Source: Eledone cirrhosa (Eukaryota). From it: a stretch of 64,000 bases of DNA. The notes under the pieces are model-generated. The model had not been told where the DNA came from. It saw nothing but the letters and a program-made list of their open reading frames with translations, and did not search any database. This document shows, piece by piece, positions 39,578-52,439 of the stretch. The stretch's first letter is position 1; each line of letters opens with the position of its first letter. Where the stretch lies: the NCBI GenBank assembly GCA_964016885.1, contig OZ024748.1:25730001-25794000 (forward strand). The letters run 5' to 3'. The translations under genes and the position numbers were made by a program.

Positions 39578-39642
39578 ACTGCCTAATGAGGTCATAGCTA
39601 TTCAATGGCTATCATTGAAATATATATATAGCAGTAAATAAA
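39578..39642 (+). ncRNA. Mutated minimal type-I hammerhead motif followed by AATAAA (Penelope-like remnant)
   Basis: ACTGC-CTAATGA-GGTCATAGCTA(TTCAA)TGGCTATCATT-GAAA-TATATATA-TA-GCAGT. Stem I 5 bp, stem II about 10 bp, palindromic stem III. Core G5 is A. Confidence 0.6.
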
Positions 39643-39676
39643 GGATTATGAGTTCATGCAATTGACTTATGTTTCG

Positions 39677-39747
<71 letters not shown>

Positions 39748-40239
39748 AATGGATTTCTGCAGTTTCCATTTACCAACTTCCACTGACTATATTGGTCAAC
39801 TCAAAGCTACATTAGAAGACAATTGGCCATGGTGCTGTGCAGCAGAATTGAACCCATAACCACTGGTTGCAAAGCAAACCTCTTAACTAAACAGTCATGT
39901 CTGCACTTATATATAATTTTCAATTTCCTTTACTAGCACACAACAAAAGGTATGATCAAGTTAATTAAAAAGACTAAGCTTAAGATTTTAGTAAATAAAT
40001 GTAGTTAATTAACTATAAAGCTAAAATCAAACAGCATCTTAAGGAAACTAAACCACAGCACTGCATCCATTCTACCCACCAAAAAAATATTAAAACACAA
40101 ACACATAACAGACTTGTTTAAATGTGACATGTGGTCTGTTTAGACTTCAGGTGAATTTAGAAAACAGATATATGCATAGGTAAGGGTTGGCACAAATACT
40201 GAATTGAAGATAGCGAGTTTGATATTCATGCCAACCCTT

Positions 40240-40655
40240 ACCTATTGGTCAGTAATGACCAAAAGAATATGATTACGAATACAAGCAGCCAAAATGGGAT
40301 TCCTCTGAAGGCTCTTTGGAGTAACGTTACTCAATAGAGTGTGTACCTCAGAGATCAGAGAGTCACTTGAGGTAGAGCTGCTACTTCTCTGAACTGAGAG
40401 ATCACAGCTCCGATACTATGGGCATGTGGTTAGAATGTGGAAAGAATCGCTGGACAGATTTTATGGGCAAAACCAACAGGCAGGAAACCCGGTGGTAGAC
40501 TCCAAGCAAGATGGTTGGATAACATCCATGAGCTTGGCTGGTCTCGCATGGAAATCCAACTGAATCAGTTGGAGTCGGATGCTTCTGACAGGACCTGCTG
40601 GAAGGAGTGTTAGGACTCTGCCCGCATGACCTACTCAAGAAGAAGAAGGAGGAGA
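40240..40655 (+). mobile_element. Second RTE-clade family, 3' fragment
   Basis: IQAAKMGFL*RLFGVTLLNRV and ERSQLRYYGHVVRM, with an (AAG)n-like tail. Related copy at 46467-46800(+). Confidence 0.85.
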
Positions 40656-41511
40656 TATATGCATATTCCAGAATCTCAATGCCATGGTTTAAACCAATTA
40701 TAACCCCAGAGACAAACATGCCTAATCTGATTATTCTGTCCTTCTATGCTGGCAAATCCAACTTTTTGTGTTTACTATAAACACCACAAAATATCCAGCA
40801 TAAAAACTTGTATTAAAACATTTTTGATAAATGGAACAAGTGAAAACATAGTGAAAACTTTACAGAGAAATTTCATTGGTGCCAAAATTAGTGTAGGAAG
40901 ACATAAAAATAAACATAGTTTTACTCCCAGAATGAATTTATCTCACTCAACAGTAGAATTCCTAGATGTCATAAACAATTTCCTATGATCATTCATAAAT
41001 CACAAGGTTAGTGTGAGTTTTTGCCAGAGCTAATATGTCTAACCCATCCAGGCATAGGAAATAGACGTTAAACTGGGGGGGGGGGGGGGGGGGGGGCATA
41101 CGTGTGGATAAAATAAAGTTACAAGATCATAAAAACACCACAATATAATGACAGGGATACATAAACAAAAAAAAAGAGTTAGCTTGAAACCATTCAGGAA
41201 TTTTAACAAAAATACAGAAACTATTATTACTACAGAAATCATTACTTTTGATCTTTAAAATATCTCTCTGTTGACAACTTTCTACTGTCTCTGCTACGTT
41301 TTATAGGTTATCCCTAAATGTTTATATTTCATATATCTGGTGACAATATGGGCTATATTATCACCAGAAAAATAAAATATACTGATTAGACCATAATGTT
41401 TTGTAAGCAGGGAAAAGCAGACGTATGATGATGATGATGATAACAATATGTATGGGTAGACCTCTATCAGCTTCAATGAAGAGTGTTTCAGTAGTTTGAT
41501 CAATGGAACAC

Positions 41512-42190
41512 TCTTCTTCTTCTTCACCCACTGGATCCCCAAGCGAGACCAGCCAAGCTCATGGATGTTATCCAATCATCTTGCTCATGGTCTACTGCCA
41601 GGTCTCCTGCCGGTTGGTTTTGCCTATAAAATCTGTTCAGTGATTCTTTCCCCAAGACATTCTAACCACACGCCCTTAGTATTGGAGCTGTGATCTCTCA
41701 ATTTGAAGAAGTAGCGGCTCTACCTGAAGTGACTCTATCGAGTAACGTTACTCGGAATCCCATTTTGGCCGTTTGTATTTGCAATCATATTCTTCCGGTC
41801 ATTACCCATATTTCTTGTAGAACCGTCCACAGTATGCCCCAAAAAATGTGTTCATATGCCTTTTTGACGGGCCTACAAAACAAGAATATACTTCTTGGCA
41901 ATACTCCCACGATTTTTCAAAGAACTGCCGTAGTGTGAATATATGGTTGGCTCTGCTGCAATTGGGGTAAAAACCATACTGTTAATCAGCTAGCTTGGAC
42001 TCAACAATCTCCCGACATCTCTTTGTCACACACTTAGCATAGACTTTACAAGGAGATTAACAATCTCTTTTGACTCCATTTTTGAAAATTGTGATTATCA
42101 CTCCCGATTCCCATTGCTTAGGTGCCTTTCCAGAGATCCAGGCTATTTAAGGCTTTTAACATCTTGGGCTGGATTTCATCTTCCCAAATG
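41512..42190 (-). mobile_element. Inverted copy of the second RTE family with RT N-terminal remnants
   Basis: 41512-41810 is reverse-complementary to 40240-40655. Upstream peptides DEIQPKMLKAL and HIFTLRQFFEKSWEY. Confidence 0.8.
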
Positions 42191-43070
42191 AAACACTCTG
42201 TTTGTGAAATTAATGTGTAAGTGGCTGAGCATTCCACAGACACGTGTACCCTTTATACAATTCTCAGTGTGATTCAATGTGACACAATGTATGACAAGGC
42301 TGGCCCTTAAATTATGGGTACAACCTATTCAACAGGCTTTCAGTTTCTCATATACCTTATTTCACTAGCATGGCATTTGTCAACCCAAGGCTATGATAAA
42401 TGACACTTGCTCAAGATGCCATGCTGTGGGATTGAACCCAAGACTTAATGATAGCAAAGTGAACCTCTTAACTATTCAGCCATGTACCAATATATAGGGA
42501 TGGTCATGCAGGGAATGGCAAGATGAGATAAAAGAGATGTCAGTGTTTAGTGTGGATGGAGCAAATAAAGTAGTAGTAAATCTTACTATGTAAAAATTGG
42601 TGGTGGTATGAAGCAGGAGGGGGGGGGGGCAGTGAAGGAGATGCGGAGAGAAGGAGTGAAGAAAATGTGAAAAGAGGGAGAGAGTGAAGGAGAGATGGAA
42701 TGAAGGAAATGTGGAGAGAGAAATGAAGTGAAGGAGATGGAGAGAGAGGGGGGAGATGAGGGGAGAGAAAGAGAGAGAAGGAGGCATCTCGCATAAAACA
42801 ATGTCATTACAGGTTAATGGTTCGACAGGTAGAGATTAGTGGAATAAGTGTCATATTTAAAAATTAAGGGTTAGCATTAGGAAGAACATCTGATCATAAA
42901 ATACTGCCTCAAAAAAGTCTCATCCAATCCATGCCAGTATAGATAAAAACTGATATATTAATGATGATGGTGCTCTTTGGAAATTAGATCATAAATAGTT
43001 TGAAGTTAAATATGATCAACTGAGGTGACTGGTGGTGTACATTAATAAAACTCAATTTCAGAAGTTAAAT

Positions 43071-43360
43071 TTAACCCTTTTGACACTAACCCAGCCAAAA
43101 CCAGCTCTGGTTTGATTAAACCAAACCACTCATTTTTAAAAGTTCCTATTAACCCTCTGGTTCTTTGAAACAAAACCACCCATTTTAAAGAGTTCCTACT
43201 TAAATTTAGATCTTCCAACATAATTTTATACAAGAACCATCCATACATTAAGTTGCTATCTTAGTAATGAAATAATAATTTTAGTAAATCCCTCAAAATT
43301 CTTCATTAATTAATTAAAATAAAGTGTATTTCATTAGAAATATGGTCAGAAAAGAGTTTA
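43071..43360. mobile_element. TTAA MITE family M2 (piggyBac-like ends TTAACCCTTT...AAAGGGTTAA)
   Basis: Many copies: ~1115-1616, 2755-2965, 5930-6123, 16310-16548, 18464-18840, 32960-33532, 44276-45470, 50780-51027, 55140-55387, 56917-57137. Confidence 0.8.
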
Positions 43361-44346
43361 AAAAATGGATAATGTTAATATGATGTGAGAAGAAAATTGT
43401 AATAATTTTCACCCCAACACACAAAACATCCAGCTTATTCATTTAAATTATCTCAGGCTTCCAATAGAAATTGAAAACCTTTCAGGTTATTATTTTATTA
43501 AACCAGAAAAAACTTGCTATTTACATCCTATGCGATTAGTAAGAAATCACTCATATATTGTTAGACACCGCTCGTATATTATCAGACACCACTCATATAT
43601 TATCAAACAAACCTGTAAGCTACATAATGGAAATATTTCATTAACAGATTTAAATCTAATTTTGAAGATGAACATTATGTGTATTTTCAATATAACTATT
43701 TGGCACCTTATTCAAATGTCTACAAACTCTGTAATAAGATATTCCATCAGCTTTCCTAATAATCTTCTTTCTGTTCATGAATTAAAATACTTTTCTTCTA
43801 TGGATTCACCACAGCATAGAAACTATTGGGTCACATTTCCCACGTACATAAGGTTATATTTCTCAGTAAATACGTCAAGAGTTGACATTAGACAGATATT
43901 ATTACATGTGTCACACCTAAGAGAAAGAAAAGCTCCAAGGGAAACCAAGAATACCACTACACAGTCACTTCCCCTACAGAAAAATTTTCCTTAAATCATA
44001 CACTATCTTTAGAAAAATTATGCATTTGTTCTACCGAACTGCACTGATACTCTCTTGTTTCTCTCACTGTGAGAAATGCAGTGAAACAGTGGCCAGACTG
44101 TTAAAAACCTGTAATCAACAACATTATTGTTCACTTAATAGAATAGAAAATAGAAAATTGATATAAAAACCATGTTGATTCTTTTATTTACAAACAGCAG
44201 CTCCAAGCTATGATAGGTTAGCACCAATTTACAAACCTATAAAACCCCTAGATTGAAAAGAGCTAGTTACTTCTTTAACCTTTTTTATATCAATCCACCT
44301 GAAACCGTCTCTGGTTCTATTATAGAAAATTGTTTTAAAGTGTTTA

Positions 44347-45308
44347 TCTATGTATCTAAAACAGAGAATGTCTGTCTGTCTGTCTGACTCTTGAAAACTA
44401 CCCAACCGATTGTTTTCAAACTTTACACATATAATACTTATGGTCGTGTGAGTGTTTTGAGAAAAAAAAATTTCAAATTTTCAATGCCCTAGGGACCGCA
44501 TTAGGCGCCGAACGTCGCACCCTTATAATATATCTGTCTGTATGTCTGGCTGTCTGCATTACAACATTATGACGCTATCTGTGTGTGTATATATGTATAT
44601 AAAAGATTCACGGCACAGGCATTGCTTTATATCTGGAGATCTCTCTGCACTTGTCACATGGTACCATGGGCCCAGCACTATGTGTCAATAATTGTCACAA
44701 GTGTAGTGTTTGTACCAGAGTTTTCAAGTCGCTGACTGGACTAAAAAGACACACTCGTTCAGCGCATCGGTAGGGGTTCTGCTACATGGATATAAAGTAG
44801 TGGCCGTACTCGAAAACGAATTGGCAGCCACCATAGTGTGTGTGTGTATATATATATATAGTGTGTGTATATATATATATAGTGTGTAACGTTTTTCAAA
44901 ATATTTACTTCTGCATTCACAGATTGATTTTTTTAGTTTCAGAAGATCCCGTTAAGGGTGAAAGCAGCGATTCTTTGCTTAAACTTTAATCTGTTATTTT
45001 AATAGTCCTACATGCTTACTGCTCTGTAACTATTGCTTTCATTGTACCATAGCACAACATGTTCGGTTTGTCGAATGCCTTTTTACTTAACACTATCGTC
45101 TTGGCTTTCGTGGGTTGAATATTTTACTCTCAGGCACCCAATTAAGTTAAACCCCTGGTAATCTACGACAAATTTTTTTTATATGCACAAAATATAAACA
45201 CCATCCCGAGGCCGAGGTATTCCGTACTTCTCTGTACTGTTTCAGAAAGGAGAGATAAACATGCCAATCTATGTTTAGAATTTCAAGCAAACCGGGCCAT
45301 TCTGCTAG
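44347..45308 (+). mobile_element. Probable non-autonomous Helitron nested in an M2 MITE
   Basis: 5' end A|TCTATGTATCTAAAACAGAGAATG(TCTG)n...AACCGATTGTTTTCAAACTTT and 3' end ...CCGGGCCATTCTGCTAG|T. TC/CTAG termini at an A|T site; M2 sequence resumes on both sides. Confidence 0.7.
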
Positions 45309-46894
45309 TCTATATATCTAAAATTCTTCCAGCATAATTTGATGTTTCAGGTTTGTTCCAAACACCAAATTAGTAAGGAGAAAGTTAGTCATATTACTAA
45401 ACCCCTCAAAATTCTTCATTATTTTCAAAATTATTTGAAAATCATTAGAAACATAACAAAAGGTTTTTAACGGGAGTGGGATGCAGTGTATTTCATGATT
45501 TTAATAAAACCATCAAGCTGTTTTTTTTATTACAGAAATTCAAGATATAGTTGACATAGATTTCCACACATTCCTCAAAGAGGAATTAATGAATTTAATA
45601 ACAAATACCTTAAATACCACGCATATTTTCACAGAAATATATTACATTGTTCAGTATTCATTAGGTTACCTAACTTTAAAGGGTTTTAATTCATCTTAAT
45701 AAACTTCTTTAACCCCTTCCTTACCACATTTCTAATAAACAACAGTGCCTAGAATTTTCAAATAACTTTGAAAATAATCTAGAATTTGGAGGAATTTAGT
45801 AATACATATATGATCTTAATAATTTAAGATGGTGTTTAGTGAAGGGGCATGGCTTAGTGGTTAGAGAATCAAATTAACAATTGTGAGGTTGTGGATTTGA
45901 ATCTTGGGCCGGGTGATGTGTCGTGTCCTTGAGTGGAACGCTTTATTTCAGGTTACTCCTTCTGCCAGGAGTTGTGACCAGGAGATAGTATAGCAATAGG
46001 TCTGATCTGACACTCAGTAAGTGAATGAGGTTTGGGAGCTTGTCATTTGTTCCTGAAAAAAACTGAAAGCTAATATGTGGAACATAACTTAATCAAGCTT
46101 CTTAAAAGATGGAAAAGCAGTTTCAGGTTGTTTGCTATGCTATCAAAAGGGTTCAATATTATCCTACTACTGCCTATCCATGTAACGCTAATAGAATTGA
46201 AGATAATCTATTTTTAGAAGATAATTGATTGAGAAACTATGGAACAAAACTGAAGACATAATCTACTATAGATACAAATAATATAAATATTATATATTTT
46301 CAAAGATGATTGATTAATAAATACTTTAATTTACTGTTGATATATTTTTTAGACTCCACAGCTCAAAAGAACAGCTACTGTACTTCATTCACTAGACCTG
46401 TGGGTTCAAGGCCAACCAAATACATATTTCTCTGATACGAAGATAAGGATGAAACACTCATTCTCTCAAGGTTCCTCTGAAGGGTCTTTGGAGTAACGTT
46501 ACTCAATAGAGTGCATAGCTCGGAGATCTCCAAATTGAGAGATCACAGCTCTGATAATATGGGCATGTGGTTAGAATGCCTCAGGAAAGTATTTGTTGAC
46601 AGATTTTACAGGCAAAACCAACAAGCAGGAGACTCGAGAAACCTCAAGCAAGATGGTTGGATAACATCCATCGGCTTGGCTGGTCACGCTTGGGGAACCA
46701 ACCAGACCATTTGGAGATGGATGCTTCTAACAGGACCTGCTGGAAGGAGTGTTTGAGGACTCTGTCCCCACGACCCTCTCAAAAAAGAGAAGAAAAGGCA
46801 AAAGAAGAAAGAGGAGGAGTTTATTTAACCAATCAATAGAGCTGGTAAACCATGACAGAGTAGGAAAGGTGTTTAATACCCTTTATAATCGAGA

Positions 46895-46957
<63 letters not shown>

Positions 46958-47249
46958 AAAAGGAATATAGAGTAGTTTAATGTTTCTGATGTTGAAATTT
47001 TTTGTAGTCTCCATGTACTGGAAGGTCTTATTTATGGTTGGTAGTATAAAAATAAAAAAAAACCTTCAAGATGTTCTCTCTCACAGGCTGGTAGTTTTTA
47101 CATTGGAACAAATAGTACTATAGTGTTTCTGGATAGCCTCCATAAGAACACAGAAGTGATTCTATACATTTAAATGTATATGATCTGTTGGAAGCCAACT
47201 AAGTCTTTGTTTATTAAGATTATCCAGTGCCTGATATGTTTTAAATGTT

Positions 47250-47680
47250 GACAGATCTAGCTGAGATAAAGGAGGATTGAAATTTGATAGCTTATCTCTA
47301 AGTTCTTCCCAAAATTTTTCCCACCCTTGACTAATTATGTTTTCACTGAATGATTTGACTTTTGATAGATTTGGAATGTAATCTATATATCTATTATTTC
47401 CCTTTGTGCTTGCTTCCTTTACCTAATTCGTCTGCTTTCCTGTTTCCTCCTGATATCTGTATGGGTTGGTATCCAAATCATTGTTACTTGTTTACTATTT
47501 TCAGATAGATAGTTATCTATTTTTAGCAGGACACTCTTAATATCACTAACCCAACCTCTTTTCCTTGATTGAAATAGTCCCATGTTCGACAAACTATCAG
47601 TAAATAGGAAGCTTTTTTCCCATGGCATTTGATAACATTACCAACATAGCAGTATTGTAACAGAATAATATCATTAGAAA
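47250..47680 (-). mobile_element. Decayed LINE RNase H domain
   Basis: FLFTDSLSNM...VTMIWIPTHTDIR, then ADELG after a frameshift. Matches the RNase HI motifs FTDS, WIPSH.GI.GNE.AD of RNase-H-bearing LINEs. Confidence 0.75.
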
Positions 47681-48581
47681 GATTATGTCTTTCATTTCAT
47701 CTATTAGTTAATATTGTTTACTTCTTGGAATAAAGATTAAAAAATAATAGATAACAACTTTCAAATAATAACAAAGAATAAAGTTTTTTAAAAGTGTTCT
47801 CTCCTAAGACTGTACCTTCAGTACTACCTATATCAACTTTACATCCTCTTTAGATTTAAACACTTAAAAAAAAAAACAATTTAAAATTAGAATGATAAAT
47901 GGTTTTCCATAAACTTCTAACAATCTTATTTATAGTTTTCAAAATAACCATGGAATTTCTTAAGGTACTGCAAGTTAACTCTTAGAATCCTGTAATGATG
48001 TAGCAGAATATATCTAAAAACAGGTTTGTTTATTCAAATGTTTGTAGTTTCTTTACTGGTGGACAGTTCCTTATGAATATTTGCAAAATTCGAGTAAAGA
48101 CTAATATTTAATGTAATGCAGTCACATTGCAGTTTTACTTTTTAAGAACATCTCACTACTAATGTAGTTTCACTGTGTTATAAATATTTACACCTTTACA
48201 ATTCTGATTGACAGGGCAATTATTATTTTTACTTCTTTTTAGCAGGATGATTGTTCAACAATTTTACCACACTAACATATCTTGTCATCCTCATCATCAT
48301 TTAATTTCTGTTTTCCCTGCTAGTAATGGTTGAACAGGTCTTCACAGGCCAAGTCAATATGTGGAGCTACTGACTTCTCAGATGAGTCAGGGCCTACAGC
48401 TTGCTTACATATATTTCCGCACTCTGCCAAGTGCATTTTATCAGGGCACCAACACTAGGGAGATTGTTGTGTCTTTGACACAGCTGAAGAGTCCTCTATA
48501 TGCAGTTACCTGTATAGCTATGTTAGTAACAGAAAGATATACAGTGAGTGGAAAGTTTATTTGTAGACAAATTCCATAGAC

Positions 48582-48631
48582 CAGTGACTCTCAAGCTTTT
48601 TCAGCATATGGACCCCAGTTGAGAACCACTG
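48582..48631. mobile_element. 50-bp internally deleted hAT (Charlie-like) remnant
   Basis: Ends CAGTGACTCTCAA and TTGAGAACCACTG. The 8-bp TSD is only partly preserved. Confidence 0.45.
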
Positions 48632-49724
48632 GCAGACAATTAGAGACAACTACACATTATTCTATATAATTTATCAAAGAAACACAGGTTCCTTCACAAT
48701 ATTAACGCATTATTAGAATATCATCATTAACGTCGATTAATGTCCATTATCCTCGCCAGCACTGGTTAGATGGGTTGTTCCACTGGGAGACAAGTCAGAT
48801 CTAGTGACCGTATCTTGCTCATAAAGAACTGATAGCCTAAAATAATACTTTATATTCATCCTTTGTTTACATATTTTTACAATTAGAAAAATATATAAAA
48901 AACATTATTTTAATATAACTGGTTAAATATAAAGTTGTAATTCTGATAAATTACTAATTAGACAATATTTCAAAAATAGACAAATTTGTTTCAAACATTT
49001 TGTTGTTCTAACTCAATATAATGCTCACAGAAATGAGAATCAACCAAGCCACTGGTTATTCAACTTAATAGAAAAAGCAACCAAATTCTCTGAAATTACA
49101 TCATACTGTCCCTGTTACTGATCCCATAACTTCTAATTAGTTGAAATAGAAAAAAATTACCCCAAAGTAAATTTTAAATAATTTTGTATTTTCCTTTCTT
49201 AAGATTCTACTTTGCATAAACATTTATTTTTATTTTTGTGTGAGCCAAATAAACATTGATTACTAAATGATGTGCTAATATAATTCAGATCAATACTGAA
49301 ATTAATACTGATTACAAAATAGCTCAGTACAGATGTGAGCCATTTCAACATTAGATCAAAACAAAAAGCACCTAATCCACCCTGTAAAGTGGTAGTATTG
49401 GTGCCATGATAAAATACACCTAGTCCACTCAGTGAAGTGGTAGTTTGGTGCCATAATAAAATGCACCTAGTCAACTCTGTGAAGTAGTAGTGCTAGTGCC
49501 ATAATAAAATGCACCTAGTCCACCCTGTAAAGTGGTAGTATTGGTGCCATGATAAAAATGCACCTAGTCCACTCCATGAAGTGGTAGTATTGGTGCCATG
49601 ATAAAATGCACCTAGTTAGTCCACTCTGTGAAGTGGTAGTGCTGGTGCCACAATAAAATGCACCCAGTACACCCTGTAATGTGATTGCCATTAAAAAAAG
49701 GGCATCACATATGTGTGCATGTGA

Positions 49725-50000
49725 AAACATATGACTCAGTGGTTAAGGTGTTCAGCTCACGATCATATGGTCATGAGTTTGATTTATCACAGCACATTAT
49801 CTCATGTTGTTCCAGTCCACTCAGCTGGCAAGAATGAGGTGTACCTAGGGCAACCTTGTCATGCTGAATCTCCCTGAGAACTCAGTTAAGAGTACATGTG
49901 TCTGTGGAATGCTCAGTTACTTGTAAATTAATTTCACACACAGGCTGTTCCGTTGATTACGTCAGCTGGAACACTCATTGTCAGAACCAATGAAGGCCCA
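49725..50000 (+). mobile_element. tRNA-head/CORE-like SINE with tail type d, preceded by a 40-bp-unit array (49365-49705)
   Basis: TGACTCAGTGGTTAAGG head, CCAGTCCACTCAGCTGG, and a tail shared with ~14690-14850(-) and ~42200-42320(-). Confidence 0.65.
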
Positions 50001-51059
50001 ACACATTTAAATATACATATATATACATATATATATATATATGTGAAGTAATTCCGTCAGAAAGGTCCAGTAAAAAAGAGTGCTCTATGTAGGTTACAGA
50101 GCTTAATAGTTATGTAATAAACAACATAAGGCAATTATTTCATTTATATATAAGACACCTCAATTTAGGCAGGTACTTTTTAAAAAATAAGTAAATGTTT
50201 AACCCTTTAGCATTCACATTACTCTATATAGACTATTATATTTTCATGGTAAAGGCTTTACCTCACATAATTATCTCACATAATATCGAATCTATGAGAT
50301 TTTGAAAGTATTTATTTTGAGAACAATACCTTAACATCAGTTTGAGCGACCAGTTACAGCTAGTTTCAACAGAAAGAGGTAGAGAATTCTGCCAGTTTGA
50401 ACATTAAAGGGTTAAACTATAAATGTTTTCAACGAAGTGAAATCATGAAAAACACCCAAGAACCAGGCAGCCGTGTTAAACCAAGCAATGGTAAAAGACC
50501 ACCACCCAAGAACCAGATGGTTTAGTATCAAAAGGGTTAACACCATTACCATCCAAGAACAGGAATAGTACATCCAACAAGTTTCTGTACAGTGTTTACT
50601 ATGATTTTCTTCATTAGGTCAAGTTAAGTTTTGAATCAATACAGACTGTTCTACTTGGATTGTAGCCTACAAAAAATGGTTATCTCAAACAAGAGGGGGG
50701 GGGGGCGTATAACTGAGATCATTTGGAAGCAAAGATTCTGCATTGCAATGACTTCAATTGATATACAGTGGTCAATAGTTTAACATTTTTTATACTAACC
50801 CACTTGAAATTCACTCTAGTTCTACAACACAACACCTCTCATTTTAAAATCTTCATATTTATATCAAAACCCTTCTCCACATATGTATATAAGAACATTT
50901 TTGTTAAGTGTCAAACATCATCTTAATGAAAAAAGTTATTTTATTAAATACTCCCAGGTTCTTGATTTTTTTTATTTTCAAAATTAATTGAAATGATGTA
51001 TTAGAAATATAGTAATGAAAGAGGTAACAAATTGTTGTGAGAACATTAGATAGATTTCT

Positions 51060-52300
51060 CTATTTACCACAAGGGCGCACAAAAAAAGGGATATTACAAG
51101 ACATGTGACGGCAGGGGTTTTACATGGAAGAGTGTTAACAATTGTAAATAAACAATCGAAATCTCCAATAGTGGGGAACGTCACTGTGAGGTTGTTTTAC
51201 ACCCTGTAGATAGAACAATCCTCAACACTGAGAGCATGTTTCGTAAGTGCTCCCGTCTTCTCTCTTGTTTTCTTCAACCTACAGGTTTATATACAGAGTA
51301 GGCCCATTTTCACCACATTCACCCACCTTTCAGCAAATTTACTGGGATGCTACCTTTCTCTCCACTCTCACCTTCCTTTTAAAATGGATTTGAAAAAGGG
51401 GGATGAGCTGTTGTCTGGAGAGGAAGGTATTTGCACTTAGTCCTTTCAATCTAGTCCACCATATAATTTTTTTTGCCATAGCCACCAGACAGAGGAAAAC
51501 TGCCTCTCCTTCAGTGTTAAATGAAGGCAGCAGAATAATCCTCACGGTGGACTCGGCTGACAGCCAGATTCGTCCCACATGCAACAGTAGCTGTTCAACA
51601 TAATTCCAGGGATCTCTGGAAATTATCCATAGGCCTTGGACCGAAAGTCCTTCAGAATAGACTAGTCAGTTTGTCTTGGTCAATGCCCAAAGTGTCCTCG
51701 AGAACGTCATCACACTTATCTTCCACTGATTGCCATGTCCGCCTGGTAGAGGACTGTGAATGCCTGGAAGCATTCTAGGTGCCAGGTGCCCATTTTTGGT
51801 CTTCACTTAACCCAAGACTGCAGCTTAGTGAGATGAGCTGTGGGAAAACTTGTCTCACAAAATAACGACCACATCTGTTCACCGATCAGGAATACCTGGA
51901 GATGACGCAGCCTTAGCACATGTTTGCACATCAACCACGACATGCCTAGCCCCCCCTGTGTGAAGAGTATTGGCAGCAGATGGATCTCCTCACTAGTGGA
52001 GCCAGTCCCTTCCATAAAAACTTGAAGAGTAGACACTCCATTTTGGCAAGGTGATCATAGGGATAAGGCATGACCGTCAAGTGGTAGTTGATGACGGTTG
52101 CAATGAAAGTGTTTGCCACTTCTGCTCGACCTTTTATGGAAAGTCTGCGGTTAGCCCACTTCTGGTTGAGCGCAAATACCTTCGCTGTAACTGTTTTATT
52201 TTTCTCTAAAGCTACTTCTTTGCTAAAGACAACTGATTCTGTTCTAAGTGCTCTCTTGAGAGAGCACCACCACCTGTTGTCGATGATGGCCCCTGTCAAC
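51060..52300 (-). mobile_element. Tx1/L1-clade LINE ORF2 remnant
   Basis: KWANRRLSIKGRAEVAN...FKFLWKG...GGLGM is the L1/Tx1 post-RT signature. C-terminal ERWVNV also present; frameshifted. Confidence 0.85.
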
Positions 52301-52439
52301 TTGCGTTAAACTAATGTGTTAATCTGTTTACTGCATGTGTTCTATCTAGATCAACTACGCAGGTCACTAATTTGTGGTCTGAATAGGCGACCATGTGTAT
52401 TTGTGGACAGTATATGGAATTCCTATCAGTTAATCTTAC

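Noticed and set aside
42476-42807. Pro/Ser/Leu-rich minus-strand ORFs
   Set aside because: Low-complexity GA-rich tract.
43530-43994. 154-aa + strand ORF, or an alternative AGAP first exon on the minus strand
   Set aside because: No recognisable domain, it begins in a 21-bp tandem repeat, and no ATG-initiated frame reaches a phase-1 donor.
46398-46461. ATG-initiated phase-1 mini-exon MSVSSLSSYQRNMYLVGLEPT on the minus strand
   Set aside because: Very weak donor (gtctag), overlaps B-box-like SINE debris, and has no AGAP similarity.
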